From Camelus ferus (taxonomy: Eukaryota): DNA of 64,000 nt. Both the position numbers and the translations under genes were made by a program. The notes beneath the pieces are model-generated. The model was not told where the DNA came from. It made no database searches and saw only the letters and a list, made by a program, of their open reading frames with translations. The number at the start of each line of letters is the position of its first letter. Position 1 is the stretch's first letter. Location of the stretch: contig NC_045696.1 in assembly GCF_009834535.1 (NCBI RefSeq), positions 15,812,001 through 15,876,000 on the forward strand, read 5' to 3'. Positions 27,067-40,685 of this stretch are shown here, one piece after another.

Positions 27067-27615
27067 CCACACGTGCACATCTTTTGATTTCATGTTTTTA
27101 CTCTGAGGAAATGGTCTAAAAGAAATAATAGAACAAAATGCAAAGATGTACACATGAGAATCATAACTGCAATGTTGACTAGAACATAAAGCAATATAAT
27201 TATGAATCAAGAACCTAAATGCAGAATGATCATTCACACAGGAAATACTCTACAAATACCACAAGTGAATCATGCAAAGCTGTTTTCTGTCCACATTATA
27301 CTGGTAGAAAAAGGAAGATTTAGAGTGTGCTGCCATTTTGCTTTTAACAAAAATACTATCTGCATATAAAATCCAGAAGAATATATACAAAAAAGATTAA
27401 AAAGTACTGTCTTTGGATTGTTAGATGTAAGGGTAGTACTATTTTCTTTCTTCTTATTTTTTACTTTCACAGTAAATAGCCCATTGATTTTTATAATCAG
27501 GAAGTGATGATTATTTAAAAATTTACTATATATAAGTTAATATAAAATTTGTTTTCACATATGTCAAGGAAAGTTTTTAATTTTTTGAGATTCAGAAAGT
27601 TGGTCAATAATTCTT

Positions 27616-27797
27616 TTTTTTAAACTTTTTTTATTGAGTTAGAGTCATTTTACAATGTTGTGTTAAATTACAGTGTAGAGCACAATTTTTCAGTTATACA
27701 TGAACCTTATACACAGAAAACTAGAAAACACTGATTAAGGAAATTAAAGAAGACTTAAAATAATGGAAAGATACCCCATGCTCCTGTATTGGAAGAA
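27616..27797. mobile_element. 5'-inverted (twin-primed) L1 insertion
   Basis: An antisense L1 tail is joined to a sense ORF2-like fragment. Perfect 12-bp TSD TCAATAATTCTT. Confidence 0.88.
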
Positions 27798-28736
27798 TCA
27801 ATAATTCTTAATGTAAGGCATAAGCAGAAGTGGATTTTTTTTCTTGATTCAAACAAAACAGAATTGTCTGAAATCCAAGGAAAACACAATATTTAAATGC
27901 TCAAAAATCCTGCAAATTAGAATATGGCTGAGATTCGTGGCAACTATAGAATAAGTATGTTTATCAGTGTCTCTAAATCACTGGAAAAGCATGAGTGGTT
28001 TGTCAATGAATGACTTAAGTATCGTGAGGATGGATTCCAAGCTCTGTCTATCACTGCCTCTATTAAGAACAAGTTGACAAAGCTTTCGTTATCCTCTCAG
28101 CTGGAGCTATTCCTTCATTGTAATTTTGTGTAGCAGTTTCTCGCTGGGCATTTTTCCACTGATTCTCCAAACAAGCCCATCTTAAAACTACACTCCACCC
28201 AGAGTATGGATTAACATGCATTCAGTGATAAAGAGAGATCACTCATTTTTGAGGAGGAATGAGGTGTAGGACAGGGAAACATATAGTATTTATTCTACCA
28301 AGACAACAAACTAAAGGGAGTAAACTGATTTTCTGTTCAAGGACTCACATATGTATAGAGAGGTGTGATGAACCCAGTTGCTTCTATGTTGTATGAAGGG
28401 GTGACCAGAAAATAAGTATAAATAATAAAATTAATAAATAATCGTAGATAATAAAGTTGGACAATAGGTAAGGCTGATGATCCTGGCATCCTCTGGCTGT
28501 GCCAGTTTTAATCCTTGAGTTTCTGCATAGGTGGGAGGCGTGGAGGAGGCAGGGCAGGGTGGGAAATGAATCTGGAGGACTCAGAACAAGGGTCTATTTA
28601 GCAACTGGTATAAAATTATCCATATTTTAACCCTGCTGCAGCCCTACATAATCTGTGGATGCAGATTTGTAGCACTGAGACTAGCTCTAGAAATGATGCC
28701 CTAAATCAGGGTTTCCCTACGTGTATTCCCTTAAGC

Positions 28737-28932
28737 CAGTGGTCCTAAAATGTGGGTGTTTTTGACACCCTGCCCCTGTGAGGACATTTGGCAATTTCTG
28801 GAGACAACCTGAGGAGGCAGCTACCAGCATTTAGCAGGTAGTGGCCACGAATGCTGCTAACCATCTTATAGCCCCACAATAAAGAATTGTCTCACCCAAA
28901 ATGTCAATCATGCTGAAGCTGAGAAACACTGC
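28737..28932 (+). mobile_element. MER20 hAT-Charlie element
   Basis: cagtggtc...ggacatttggcaatttctggagac...ccaaaatgtcaat...gagaaacactg. TSD ccttaagc/ctttaagc. Confidence 0.8.
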
Positions 28933-29354
28933 TTTAAGCACTGTATATAAAAATTATAATAAAGTTTCTAATAATATTCTTTGACTGAGTTAATCGGATG
29001 CAATGACATTTGCCACTTCTCAAAATGATGAGTAAAAGAATGGCCATTTCAAATTACTTTTTCCTCCTGGAAATCTTCAGCCACTTCTGGAGTTCCAAAA
29101 TTCTGGACATGATACCATCTTTAGGTGATTTTCATCCTGTGGATTTGCAGAAGGCAAACTCACAGAAAGATTTCAAAGTCTTTTGATACAGTAGGGGTCT
29201 AAGTGAAAAAATAGAGCATGGAACAGCAACTTTCAACAAGAGCAAAAATTTGAACATTTCTACCATGAATTTCTCCTGCAAAAACTTACTAGGTTGCACA
29301 AGTGTGAATGTACTTACTGACATTGAATTGTACACTTAAAAATGGTTAAAATGG

Positions 29355-29715
29355 ATATGATATCACTCATACGTGGAATCTAAAAAAAAGAACACTATGA
29401 ACTCATCTACAAAACAGAAAGAGACTCGCAGACATAGTAAACAATATTATGGCTATCAGGGAAAGGGGATGGGAGGGGATAAATTTGTGAGTTTGAGATT
29501 TACAAATGTTAGCCACTATATGTAAAAATAAATTTAAAAAATTTCTGCTGTGTAGCACAGGGGACTATGTTCAATATCTTGTAATAACCTTAAATGAAAA
29601 AAATATGAAAATGAATATATGCATGTATGTATGCCTGACTGGGACACTGTGCTGTACACCAGAAATTGACACATTGTAATTGACAATACTCCAATAAAAT
29701 TTTTTTTTAATTTCA
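29355..29715 (+). mobile_element. Young L1 3' end nested in an older L1M tail (about 29290-29760)
   Basis: TSD aaaaatggttaaaatgg (29338-29354) / aaaaatgattaaaatgg (29716-29732). The host tail continues on both sides. Confidence 0.85.
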
Positions 29716-32700
29716 AAAAATGATTAAAATGGTAACTTTTATATTGTGTGTATTTTAACACACACACACGCCCACTAGGAAAGCCTATTAGAAAATCAAT
29801 TCATGGAGTGAAAATTCTCAAGATGAGTCTCTAGAATTATAGGAATTCATTAAAATCTGAATCCACCCTAGAATCTCAGTATCAACAAATGTTTCTTGAC
29901 TTTTATTTAAATCAGATGGGCCGTCCATACTCAAACCAAAATGATATGTGTGTTGGACATCTCTTATGCCTTTTCTCTGGTCCTCTTGGCTCAACTGTTT
30001 TACTGCGAACTGTGGGTCAGGAACCACCTCAGGGAGCCTGACAGCACCCCTCCCCAGCTGTGCCACCCGCCTGTCTCTCTCTGCCCTGGGGTTCTCTGGG
30101 ACACCATCAGAAGCCCACTCAGCCATTCTGATGCATGCACAATCTGGGGGTATGAGAGTGTTAACACCACATGGAAAATCAGGCCACTTTGAGGTACATT
30201 CTACATAGCTCGTGACAGGGTCCCCAGCATACAGTCTCTCTGTAGCTACAGATGTATATTTTTGTGTATGCAGCGTAGAAGCTATCAGGGAGGAAATGCA
30301 AGGAACTAATGACACTGTTGTTTCCGGGAAATGAAACTGGGTGGCTGAAGGGCAGGGGTGAAAAGAGAATTTCCAACAAATATTTTTCTATGCCTTTTGA
30401 ATTTTAAACCATGTGCATATATTGCTTCTTTAAGAATTAAATAAAATTCAAATTTAAATAAAATTATCCTTCACTCATGGTAGGACATCTTACTTGTTGT
30501 GAGAAGACCTAAGTGTTCAGATTATTCCAGTCCTACAGATTAGGGGGAAAAATAGATGAGATGTGCCATGGTTGTCACAGTGAGAAATTACAGATTATCT
30601 GCCCAGAAAGGGAGCTTTCTATAGAGAAAATAGCATTCATAGTGCAGAAAGCACTCCTCATATTATCTTGGTCACATTGTAGACAGTACTTGTCAGAAAT
30701 GTTGGAATGAAATTGTTGGCTAGAAGATACTTCTAGTGACTTCAAATTGGTTATATATCAAAAGTAGTGGAAAGATGTGTATCATACATCAGACTACTAA
30801 ACTAACTGACAAAGACATTTTACTTTTCTGTGATATTTTAGCAGAAGTCTTGGTCTAGAAGCACATTCAGGTGAATCCAGACAAATTTTGCGAGATCACT
30901 TCAGAGGAAGAATTCCTTGATTTTGGTAGACTCCTTCTCAAAATGGCCCCACGTGCTTCTAGCGTCATATCAAACTGTGACTGCAAAGTAGATTTTCATA
31001 TCACAAAATATGAAACTCTGCATACCTTCATTAAGTCTATTATAAACTTCCTTTAATAATGGTCTCTGCTGTGCTTTAAATAAGCCTGTTTTCTAGGAAG
31101 ATTAATCAATGACATTCCAAAAAATCAGCTCGCCTAGTGAATTCAATTTTCTACTCACATAAACTTGATTTACAGTGAAAACTTTCAGTGATCTTTTTTG
31201 TGCATAAAACACAATTATCATATTTTATATTACTTTTGATAATTTTCTTGCAAACTACGATTCTTCCACTTTTATACATGGGAATACTGAGGCTAGAAGA
31301 TGGGTTTGGCTTGCCTAGCTCGCACAGTGCAACAGCAAAAGAAAATTTATAAAAGCTTCGAATCTCCATTGTGTCCACACAAAGAAGGCGCTTCTCAGTT
31401 GCAAAGGCTAAATCACAAGCTGAGTTTTCCCTCGTTTCTTTTTGGGCTTTACTGACGAGACAGGAATTTATTCTTGGTAAGATTATGAAATCAAATACTA
31501 GTTGGATCAAGTTCAGGAAAATGATAAAATTACGATTAAACTAGGCATTCTTCAGCACAACAGAAAAGCTGCAGAAGCACCACACAATGTGGCTACTTTA
31601 AAAAATTACACTATTGGTTGCTGTCCCCAGTGTTTGCTCAAAATAATTCATGAGAAATACTATCACAATCTAGGAGAAAAGATAATTAAGGTTGCCTGCT
31701 GGCACTGCCTTACATAATATAATCTGTTTATTCAGAAGCTCCACTTTGTTTTCCAAGGGCTGATTCAGGAGCTTCGTAATCTGACAAGATATGTTTTATT
31801 ATATGTTCCTTTGTAATGAATATTGGAATAGTTAATGTAGGGACTGACTCTTTATTGAAAACAATATATTACAGAGAAAAACTCTTACTCTGTCTGAGAA
31901 AGCAATTTCCCAGTTCCAGCGTGGGCTTATTAACCATCTAAATTTGATCTTCTCATGAAGTTAATTTTTAATTGTCTTCAACAAGTACATGCAAGGTCTT
32001 TTATACCAGAAAAAAAGTAGGTGACTATTTTAAGCTAAATACTTATTAAGTAGCAAAAGCAATGACCCTTACTTAGTTTGTACTTAATAGGCCTTCTATT
32101 TACTGAAGCCTGAAACTCTGGTTATTGCCACATATATAACATTGAACTTGGTGCTTGTGTAAGAGCATGACAGAGGTGACATTAACTAAATTAAAAGAGA
32201 GAAAATTCTGCATGAGAGATTATCGACTCATCATCAAGGGACATTTTAGAGCTGCCTGGAGACTTTCAATATTAAGGTTAGCTTCTGGGGTAGTTCAGAA
32301 CATATTCCCTAGAGTTCTAAGGATGAACCGTTCAGTTTTGAAACATCAGTTTCCCCTCCTATAACTGAGGTTATTATGGGAGAATATATATGTTAGTCCC
32401 AGATATGTAGTTTCTGGACCCCTGATAAATATTTTCTTTCTTCACCAATTCTAAAAATCTATAGTTTTCCTGGGAGCAATGAGTGATTTTCTGGACTTGG
32501 TTTTGGTTTTTTCCACAAAAATAGTGCCTACTCAACTCCAAAGTAGTCAAGGTATCGTTTGGGCAAATAATTCAGCCAGTTCAACCCAGTTTAAGTCTGT
32601 GATGCCAGTAAACAAAACCAGAATCATTGGTGATGATATTTAATGATTTAACCTGTCATTTGGTAATTGTATAGGCTCAAAAGCACAAATATTAATTTAC

Positions 32701-33574
32701 ATTTTCAACTTTAACCCAGATCAAATTTAGCCTCAACCCAACCTTGAACAGGGCCAGATGAAACACCGAGGAGCTATTTCAAGGATAATATTCTAGTGTA
32801 CATTTTAAGGAGTAAAGCATCTGGGCTGATTTTTCTCCAAAACTCACCTGAAGCACCTTTAAAATACGAATTCATCTTATTCATGCACCTGTTCAAAACA
32901 TTCTTCTGCTAGTGACTCTCAGCAGCAGACAATCTCCCCAGGAGCTCCTCTGGGCATGTTCGACATGACGGACCTGCCAATGAATGGAGTGAAAAATGAC
33001 AGGCTGACCCTTCAGCTGAAATCGATCTGTTCCTTCAAACTTCGAAGCTTAAAGAGTTATTCATCATTGTCACTCTCTCTGCAGGTATGGAATTCTCTTG
33101 TAAGAGTTTACAGGGTCGAAGCTTTGCTCGCTGGGCAGTACTCTGTTTCTTTTCCTATTGCAGGGATGCAAGGCCTGAATATGACTTACAGTCCGGGCAG
33201 TAACCCAAATGACAACATGTAGGAAAGACTAAATTGACCCCAGAGCTAAGTATCCATCACAGAGATTTACAGTAGGACCACAAAGATATCCAGTAGCCAA
33301 GAAGCACTGCTAGACTCACTGAATTCATTGTGTTCTTCATTTAAACCCACCTAAAAACTTGAGATTAAAACAATGTTTTATACTCCAGGGATGATGGTAA
33401 TGTTATTCATGCTATTAGTAGTAACAGTAATAATTGTCATAGAAACATTACAACCAATCTCTTCAGAGTTCTATGGTACACCCTACCAGAAGCTTCTGCA
33501 GAAGGCTGACTGAATTTAACTGAAGAAAGAACCACTAGCTGATGTATGGTAATGGCTCCTTTTTGGGCGTCCAG

Positions 33575-33765
33575 TTTTATCATGATATAACTGACATACA
33601 GTATCGTGTAAGTTTAAGGTGTACAGCATAATGACTTGACTTTCATATATTGTGAAATGATTTCCAAATAAATTTAGTTAACATCTATCATCTCATATAG
33701 ATACAAAAAAGAAAGAAGAAAAAGAAATTTTTTTCCTTGCACTGAGAACTCTTAGGATCTTTCTT
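33575..33765 (-). mobile_element. L1MA9-like 3' tail
   Basis: gtaagtttaaggtgtacagcataatga...gagaactcttaggatct. Confidence 0.75.
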
Positions 33766-33854
33766 AAAGGCTCTTGATAAGAGGAAAAAAGGAAGAATCT
33801 TTAGGTGATGCAGAAAAAAATGATGAGGCCAAGCAAAGAATTTAGACTCAAGAA

Positions 33855-34435
33855 GATGTTCATAGCAGCACTATTTACAATAGCCAAGACATGAAGCAAC
33901 CTAAATGTCCATCGACAGATGACTGAATAAAGAAGTTTTGGTACGTATATACAATGGAACACTACTAAGTCATAACAAAGAATAAAATAATGCCATTTGC
34001 AGCAACATGGATGGACCTGGAGATTATCATACTAAGTGAAATAAGTCAGAAATGGAAAGAAAAATACCATATGATATCACTTATATGTGTAATCTAAAAA
34101 AAATCTGACACAAATGAACTTATTTACAAAACAGAAACAGATTCACATATATAGAAAACAAACTTATGGTTACCAGGAGAAAAGAGGAGGTGGAGGGATA
34201 AATTGGGAGTTTGGGGTCTGCAGATACTATTGATATAAGATAGATAAACAACAAGGTCCTACTATATAACACGGAACTATATTCAAACTTTGTAATAGCC
34301 TATAATGAAAAAGAATATGAAAAGGAATATATATACATATATATAATATATATTACTAAATCATTATGCTGTACACCAGAAATTAACACAACATTGTAAA
34401 CCGACTATACTTCAATTTAAAAAAAAAAAAAAAGG
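33855..34435 (+). mobile_element. Young L1: ORF2 C-terminus, 3'UTR and poly-A
   Basis: atgttcatagcagcactatttacaatagccaagacatg...gcagcaacatggatggacctggag, ending in a poly-A run. Confidence 0.95.
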
Positions 34436-34736
34436 AAAGAAAAATGTGTGTCCTTAAGTAGCTACACAAACCTGAGTTATTTATCTGATATTCCTGGCTC
34501 TCAATTTTATCATTCACAAAGTGAAAGATTAAATGACATCTAATTTCCAACTCAGTTTTGAAATTCTAAGATTCTCTGATGAATATGTCAGGAAAAAGTG
34601 AACATTAATTTCTCATCAAAATTACTATAAGCCCACATTTCACATTTTGTATAAGGATATTTTTTTTCATATTTAACCCTAAGCAACATTTTAGGAGGCA
34701 TTTGACCAAGACTATATCACACACACACATCTTCAT

Positions 34737-34842
34737 AGGGTGACAAGCAGTGAAAAACAGGACTGCTTCAGTTTTACAGTTCAGAGGCCCATGTCCCAGG
34801 AATCCCCTCTGTCCCAGGCAAACCGGGAGGGCTTGTCACCCT
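34737..34842. mobile_element. MER94/MER81-like hAT-Blackjack MITE
   Basis: Perfect 12-bp terminal inverted repeats AGGGTGACAAGC (34737-34748) / GCTTGTCACCCT (34831-34842). Confidence 0.8.
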
Positions 34843-36697
34843 CAGTCACCACAATACGATACCAGTCACTCCCTCCCGCCACCTCCACAGCTCCCTTCTC
34901 CTACAGGAATTAATTCCTTCAATTCTCAGATTCAGTTCCAACTAGTTACTGATTCAATCTCCACCAAGAAAGATTTTGTATAAGGAACTATAGTCTAGAA
35001 TTGTCTTGGTTCTATTTCTCAGCTGCCATTTAACGAGTCTGGGAAAGCCTTGGCTAGCTGCTTGCCCACTGAGAATTTATTCCTGTATCAGTCTGAAACC
35101 CTGCTATAACAACCTGACGTCTTATCTATGGCCTTGACGATTTACCATGCCCTGCTCCCAGTCCCATGTGAGAGCTGTATCTGCTATGTGTATTCCTTAA
35201 TAAAGGCTAAGAGTCCTTTTCTGAACCAGTTCAACTTTCCACCTGATAGTGAGCTCCACTACTTTGTTCATTTCTATGCAAAACTCTCAGACTGGCTGCC
35301 CTCTCACTATTCCAAACACTCCTGAAACAAAACCTAGGCCAGCTCAGATCAAGCTGAGATGGCCGTAATCCTAGGAGCAACATCATTTATACCAATAGTT
35401 CCCTGTGCAGCCCTCCCTGGTTCCCCTCCTCAATCCTGGCTTTCCCATTCTCTCACTAGCTTGCATTGCTGGAGGTTCCAGGTTGAGGAAAGGGGCTCCA
35501 GTCCAAATTCCAGCTGAGCTCACCCACCGTGGGATATGGCCCTATCACTCTAAACATGGCATTTTTAATATTCCAGTCCTTCAGCTTGAATGTACTGTTG
35601 AAGGGACAGCTGATGCTAACGCCGGAGGCTCTGCTCCTCTCCCACGCTGGTATCAGCTCTGTCTCCATGCTGCTAGAGCGCAGCTATGGAAAGGATGAAG
35701 TCAGTGAGAGAAGGAGCTTGCTATCCCATCTCAATCTCTTCAAATAATTGATGGCCAACTAGAATTTCATGTAATTTTTAAAATGTACAGAGATTAAATT
35801 CTTTCAACACAGAAAAAGTGTTCCTTGGGAAAGTATCAGAGCCCTCAGTTTTAAATGATGTCTTCAAAGGATACTGGCTTGGAATCAGATCTGCTAGTAG
35901 TTGTCCGTCAATAATCCAACCAGAAGTGTTGTCTGAATCAAATTCACTCTTCCTGGAGGAGCTCTTCAAAGCTGAGAGGCAAGACCCAGGAATAATGAGC
36001 ACTGGCTGCGTGGGCAACTAAGGACCCCACCACCACCTCCTACCTAAGGGTTAGGTGGTGGCCATCTGGCACCCCTTAGGAAAATAAGATCCTCACTCTA
36101 AGCTGAGACATGGACCTCACAAAAGCACAGCCAGATGTGGGGAGGAGAGAAAAGGCACGGCAGTAAGTTCTTCCCTTCCCCAAGAGCTGTTTCAGAGGAT
36201 GGGACTCAAGTGTCTCAAAAAGGAGGCAGATCTTAAACAGCACAAAAGACCTGTGCTTGCTGCCTGCTGCACAGGGAAAGTCATACAGATTGGGAAATCT
36301 GGGGTGGAACAGGAGGCAGAAACAGGGGCACATGAAGTAGCAAAGAGAGGTGAGCAGTCCTGGGGCAGGAGGCCAAGGGCTGCTGGAGTCAGAAACTGCT
36401 GACGGAGCAGGCTTGGCAGCAACCCTGGAAAGGGCAGCGGAGCAGAAGAGAGAGACCAAGGGAACCAACAGAGTCAGAGCAGCCACAGCTGAGTCAGGGC
36501 AGAGCTGAGTTCTGTCTGGACAAGATAAAGCCAGACTGGGACCCAAAGAGGTGTCACAGAGGTGACTCACTAATGCGACAGGTGGAGATGGGGACCAGTG
36601 GGCCGGCTTGCCCGTGATGACTTTACTCTTCAAACTCTTGACAAAAGGCACGTGGCGTCAAGTTCTCGTTCCAGCTTTCCTTCACCGAGATCACCAC

Positions 36698-36930
36698 TTT
36701 TTTAATTGAAGTATAATCAGTTTACAAAGTTGTTGGTTTCTGGTTTACAGAATAATGCTTCAGTCATACAGGTACATACATATATTCCTTTTCATATTTT
36801 CATTATAGGTTCTTACAAGATATTGAATAAATTTCCCTGTGCTATACGGTGGAAACTTGTTTATTTTATATATAGTAGTTAGTATCTGCAAATCTTGAAC
36901 TCTTAATTAATCCCTTTTCCCACCCCTTTT
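36698..36930 (-). mobile_element. Young L1 3' tail
   Basis: ttttttaattgaagtataatcagtttaca...ttccctgtgctatac. Confidence 0.88.
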
Positions 36931-39299
36931 TAAATGCCAGAAAAGTCAGTGTGTAGAACCACGCCAGTGGTCAACCAGATATTTAAGTAGTAAATTAATA
37001 CACATCTGAAATGTGTACAGTCAGGGATCATGGAGGAAAGAAGTGGTTACAATTACTTGCACCTACTGAAAATTTACACAGCATCTGGGGGTGATGAAAT
37101 CAGCCAAATTCACCTTGCACAACAGCTCTCACCACTCCCACTGGATTTCAGGTGTGTAAGACAGACAACAGGACAGGAAGTCAGCTTAGAAAGGGACAGA
37201 GTGTTTCTCTACTAATCTTCCAATTCTACCCCCTACCCCAAAGGAAAACTACATTGGGATAAGAAAGCCTGAATAAATAGTTAAGAAGCCAAAGGTCAAG
37301 ATAAGGATGGGCCACCCGTAAATTATAAAATCTTGGACATTGCCTAAATGTTCAGGAACTCAACTTCTGCATGTGTAAAATGAGAGTGATAATGGTGCCT
37401 TCTCAGCCATATCATAAATGTGAAACAAAATGGAATTTCACATGAATGGGGTCAGGTATAATAAATGGGCACTACAGTGATGACTTTATAAGATAATAGG
37501 AGAGGCATTTTTTATTTCCATTTCATTTCCTCTCTTCCTTGTTTGTCTTTTTAATTTCCCTACCTGAACATACAGGGAATATTCTAATTCCAGACTGAAC
37601 AGCTTTCTAATTATCATAAAATAAGATGAAGTACAGAGAAGCCAAAAGGAATTTGGAATAGCAGGCTCATCAGAAAAGCTGTTTATTAAAGGAATTGTTA
37701 GATAAGGTCTGCATCCTAATCACTGACAGAAGATCAGCATCAGCTTGATGGCACAAGACACTGTCAACAGTTCTTCCTCTGTGTTCGCCTCCCAACCCTT
37801 CCCACATTATGCATTTTATTCTGCTCGCCCTCCAAAATGGTATCACTTTCCTGATTTTGAGCCAAGTAAGTCTTCTTGCCCTTGTGTATAGAATTTAAAG
37901 TCACTCGATTATACATAGAAACAGCATTAAAATAAACTTTATTTTAAAATGTTTATGTAATACAGTGACAATTCCATTATTTGTCAAAGCCCTCAGGACC
38001 TCAGATGGATTTTCTATTTCTTCCAAAAAATGTCCAAATTTCCCTCTTTTTATCAGGTTACTAACTATATTGGATGAGAACCTGCCTTACTTATTTCATT
38101 TTAATTTGATTCCCTGCGTAAAGACCCCATCTCCAAATAAGGAGATACGGAGGGTTAGGACTCTGATACATCTTTTTGCGGAGGGGGGATATAATTTAAC
38201 CCAAAGCACGTGGCTTATACATCTGCCACAACTCACAGAAGTCTACACTTAAAGCATGCATTATATTGTATATAAATTATACTTATAATTAGAGAAGTTT
38301 GACATCTATGAACATTTTGACATGTAAAATGCATATTATGGAATAGAACACGCTCTCTTCTCTGAGTACAACAGTGTATACTATTTTCTGACAGCTTAAC
38401 CCATACCTTTTCTGAGCTCTGGCTCTCCTCACACTCAGTTCTTATTATGCTCTGTGTAAAACGCAGAGAAGAAGAAGAGTTGAATACAATCACCACAGAA
38501 AGGGAAGGACAGAATTTCACGTCCAAGAAAGTCAAACTCCAATTTCTTTGTATGATAAAAACACAAGAATGGAAAAGTACAATACTCCAAAATTGAATAA
38601 ATCCTATTACTCATATCTATATATGTCTTTGTTGTGGATATGTAGATTTTCCAGAAATTTCTGTCATGTGGAGTTGACGTGTAAAGCTTGAAAAACACAG
38701 ATAATTTTGTCTTAAATGACTCTCCACCTAGAATTTAAATATATTTGTAAAAGTTCATATCTTTGGTTAATTAAACTACACTCACATTGTTCTTTCAATT
38801 ATGGAAAGTTCTTTTGCTTTAAACCTAGCTAAGTCATAGAGAAAGAATGTCAAAATCATTTTAACCTCACATAAAGCAAAGTAAAATTATTTTGCCTCAT
38901 TAAATAATATTTTTAACATTAGAGGCATAGTTGTTGCAAAATTAAAAAATTATCTGAAGACTGAGTAATTGGAAATATGATCTCAGTCTATCTCGTATAC
39001 ATACAAATATATTTGTCTTCACTCTTTCATTTATTCATTCATTTATTTGACAAAAATTTGTTGAGCATTTATTATGGGCCTGGCTCACTCCTACGAGGTT
39101 TCAAACCTAAAAATATAAGATGTTCTTTCCATTTCCTTATCAGAAATAGTCACTTAGACGGTAACAACTGTTAGAACAAGATAACTCCAGGCCATCTGTC
39201 AGATACTCATCATCACCAGAACTCTCCCTGAAGGGAGTGCAACTTTGGTTCACCCCACCAGCAGTAATTTGATTTTTCCTAGGTTCAAAGTGTTGTCCC

Positions 39300-40685
39300 A
39301 GACACAGCAAAGAAACAAAATAAGGTCTCTGACTCCAGGAAGCTTACATTCCACTGGAATTAAAAAATAAACAAATTAAATATGGGATGTGAGGCAGTAT
39401 GGGGTTCAAAGAAGAACAATCAAGTGAAGTAGAAAGATAGCAAGTAACAGGGTGGGGGGAGTTGCTATTCAAACAAGATGGTCCCAGTAGTCCTCTCTGA
39501 ATAGCTGACATTTGCACAGAGACCCGAATAAAACAATAAACAAGCCTGTGTGTATCCTGGGGGAAAGCCGCATAGCCAAAGGAAATGGCAAGGGCAAACA
39601 TGTAGGTGGAAACATAGTTAGTATGTCCAAGGAACAGCAAGGAGACCAGTGTGGCCAGGGGAGCGTGACAGAAAATGAATCCAACGGAAATGTAGAATCT
39701 CGTCTTTGTGTTTTATAGTCACAATGATGCAAAGTGTCTTGGAGGATTCTGAAATAAGAAGGGACACAATCTGACTGGCATTTCTAAAAGATCACTTTGT
39801 TTTCTGCATGCAAATTAGGCTCTGGGAGAACAACAGTAGAAAACGAGTTACAAGACTTTTGGTGGTGGTCCAAGTGAAAGCTTTGACAAGGGTGATAATG
39901 ACAAAGAACTTGGAAGTGGTTGGGTTTTTGGCATATTTCAGAGAGAGAGCCAAAGGATTTACTAGTGTATTTTGGGTATAAGGAAAAGGACTGTGATGGC
40001 TGGGGCTGAGCCAGCAGGCAGAGTCTTTCACTGAAATGGGGAAGACTAGAGAGAGAAAGAAATTAGGGTTCAGCTTGAGGGCACTGTTAAGTTTGAGATG
40101 CTCAACAGACATCTAAATGGAGACATAAAATAGATGAATACTTGAGTTGAGTTCAGGGAGAACTTGTAGCTGAAAATAAAGATTTGGGAAACACCATCCT
40201 ATTGATGATTGCTAAAACCACAGGATTGCGTGAGAGCAACTGAGAAATATGAGTGTCAGCTAGAAAAGGGGAGGACCAAAGCCTGTGTCCTCAGAGTCTT
40301 ATGGACCTGCAAAAGGAGGAGGAGCAGCAAAGGAGTCTGATAAGGAACGGCCATGGGAGAGGCAAAAACCCTGGAGAATGTGGGATTCAAGAAGGCAATA
40401 GAAGAAAATACATCAAGATTGAAAAAATTACCAACTGAGTCAAAAGTGGGGAGAAAACAAGGTGAGGACTAAACACTGAGGGCATGGAGATCAAGATGGT
40501 GGCTAAAAACTTGTCAATCCAGAGAGCGTTAGTGGCCTCCAGGAACAGTCTAGAGGCAACACCTGAACAGAGGAGGTGCGAGAGAGTGTGGAAGGTCATG
40601 GTAACGTAGTAACAAGTATTAGAAAACATTTTCCAAGAGTTTTGCTATAAAGAACAGAGATATGTGGCAGCAGCTGGAGGAGAAA
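39300..40685 (-). mobile_element. L2 LINE fragment
   Basis: Purine-rich antisense L2 motifs such as tgttaagtttgagatgc and ttccaagagttttgctataaag. Confidence 0.8.

Noticed and set aside
38435..38620. Coding-looking purine-rich stretch (possible pseudogene)
   Set aside because: No recognisable protein in the frames I read, and no poly-A or TSD.
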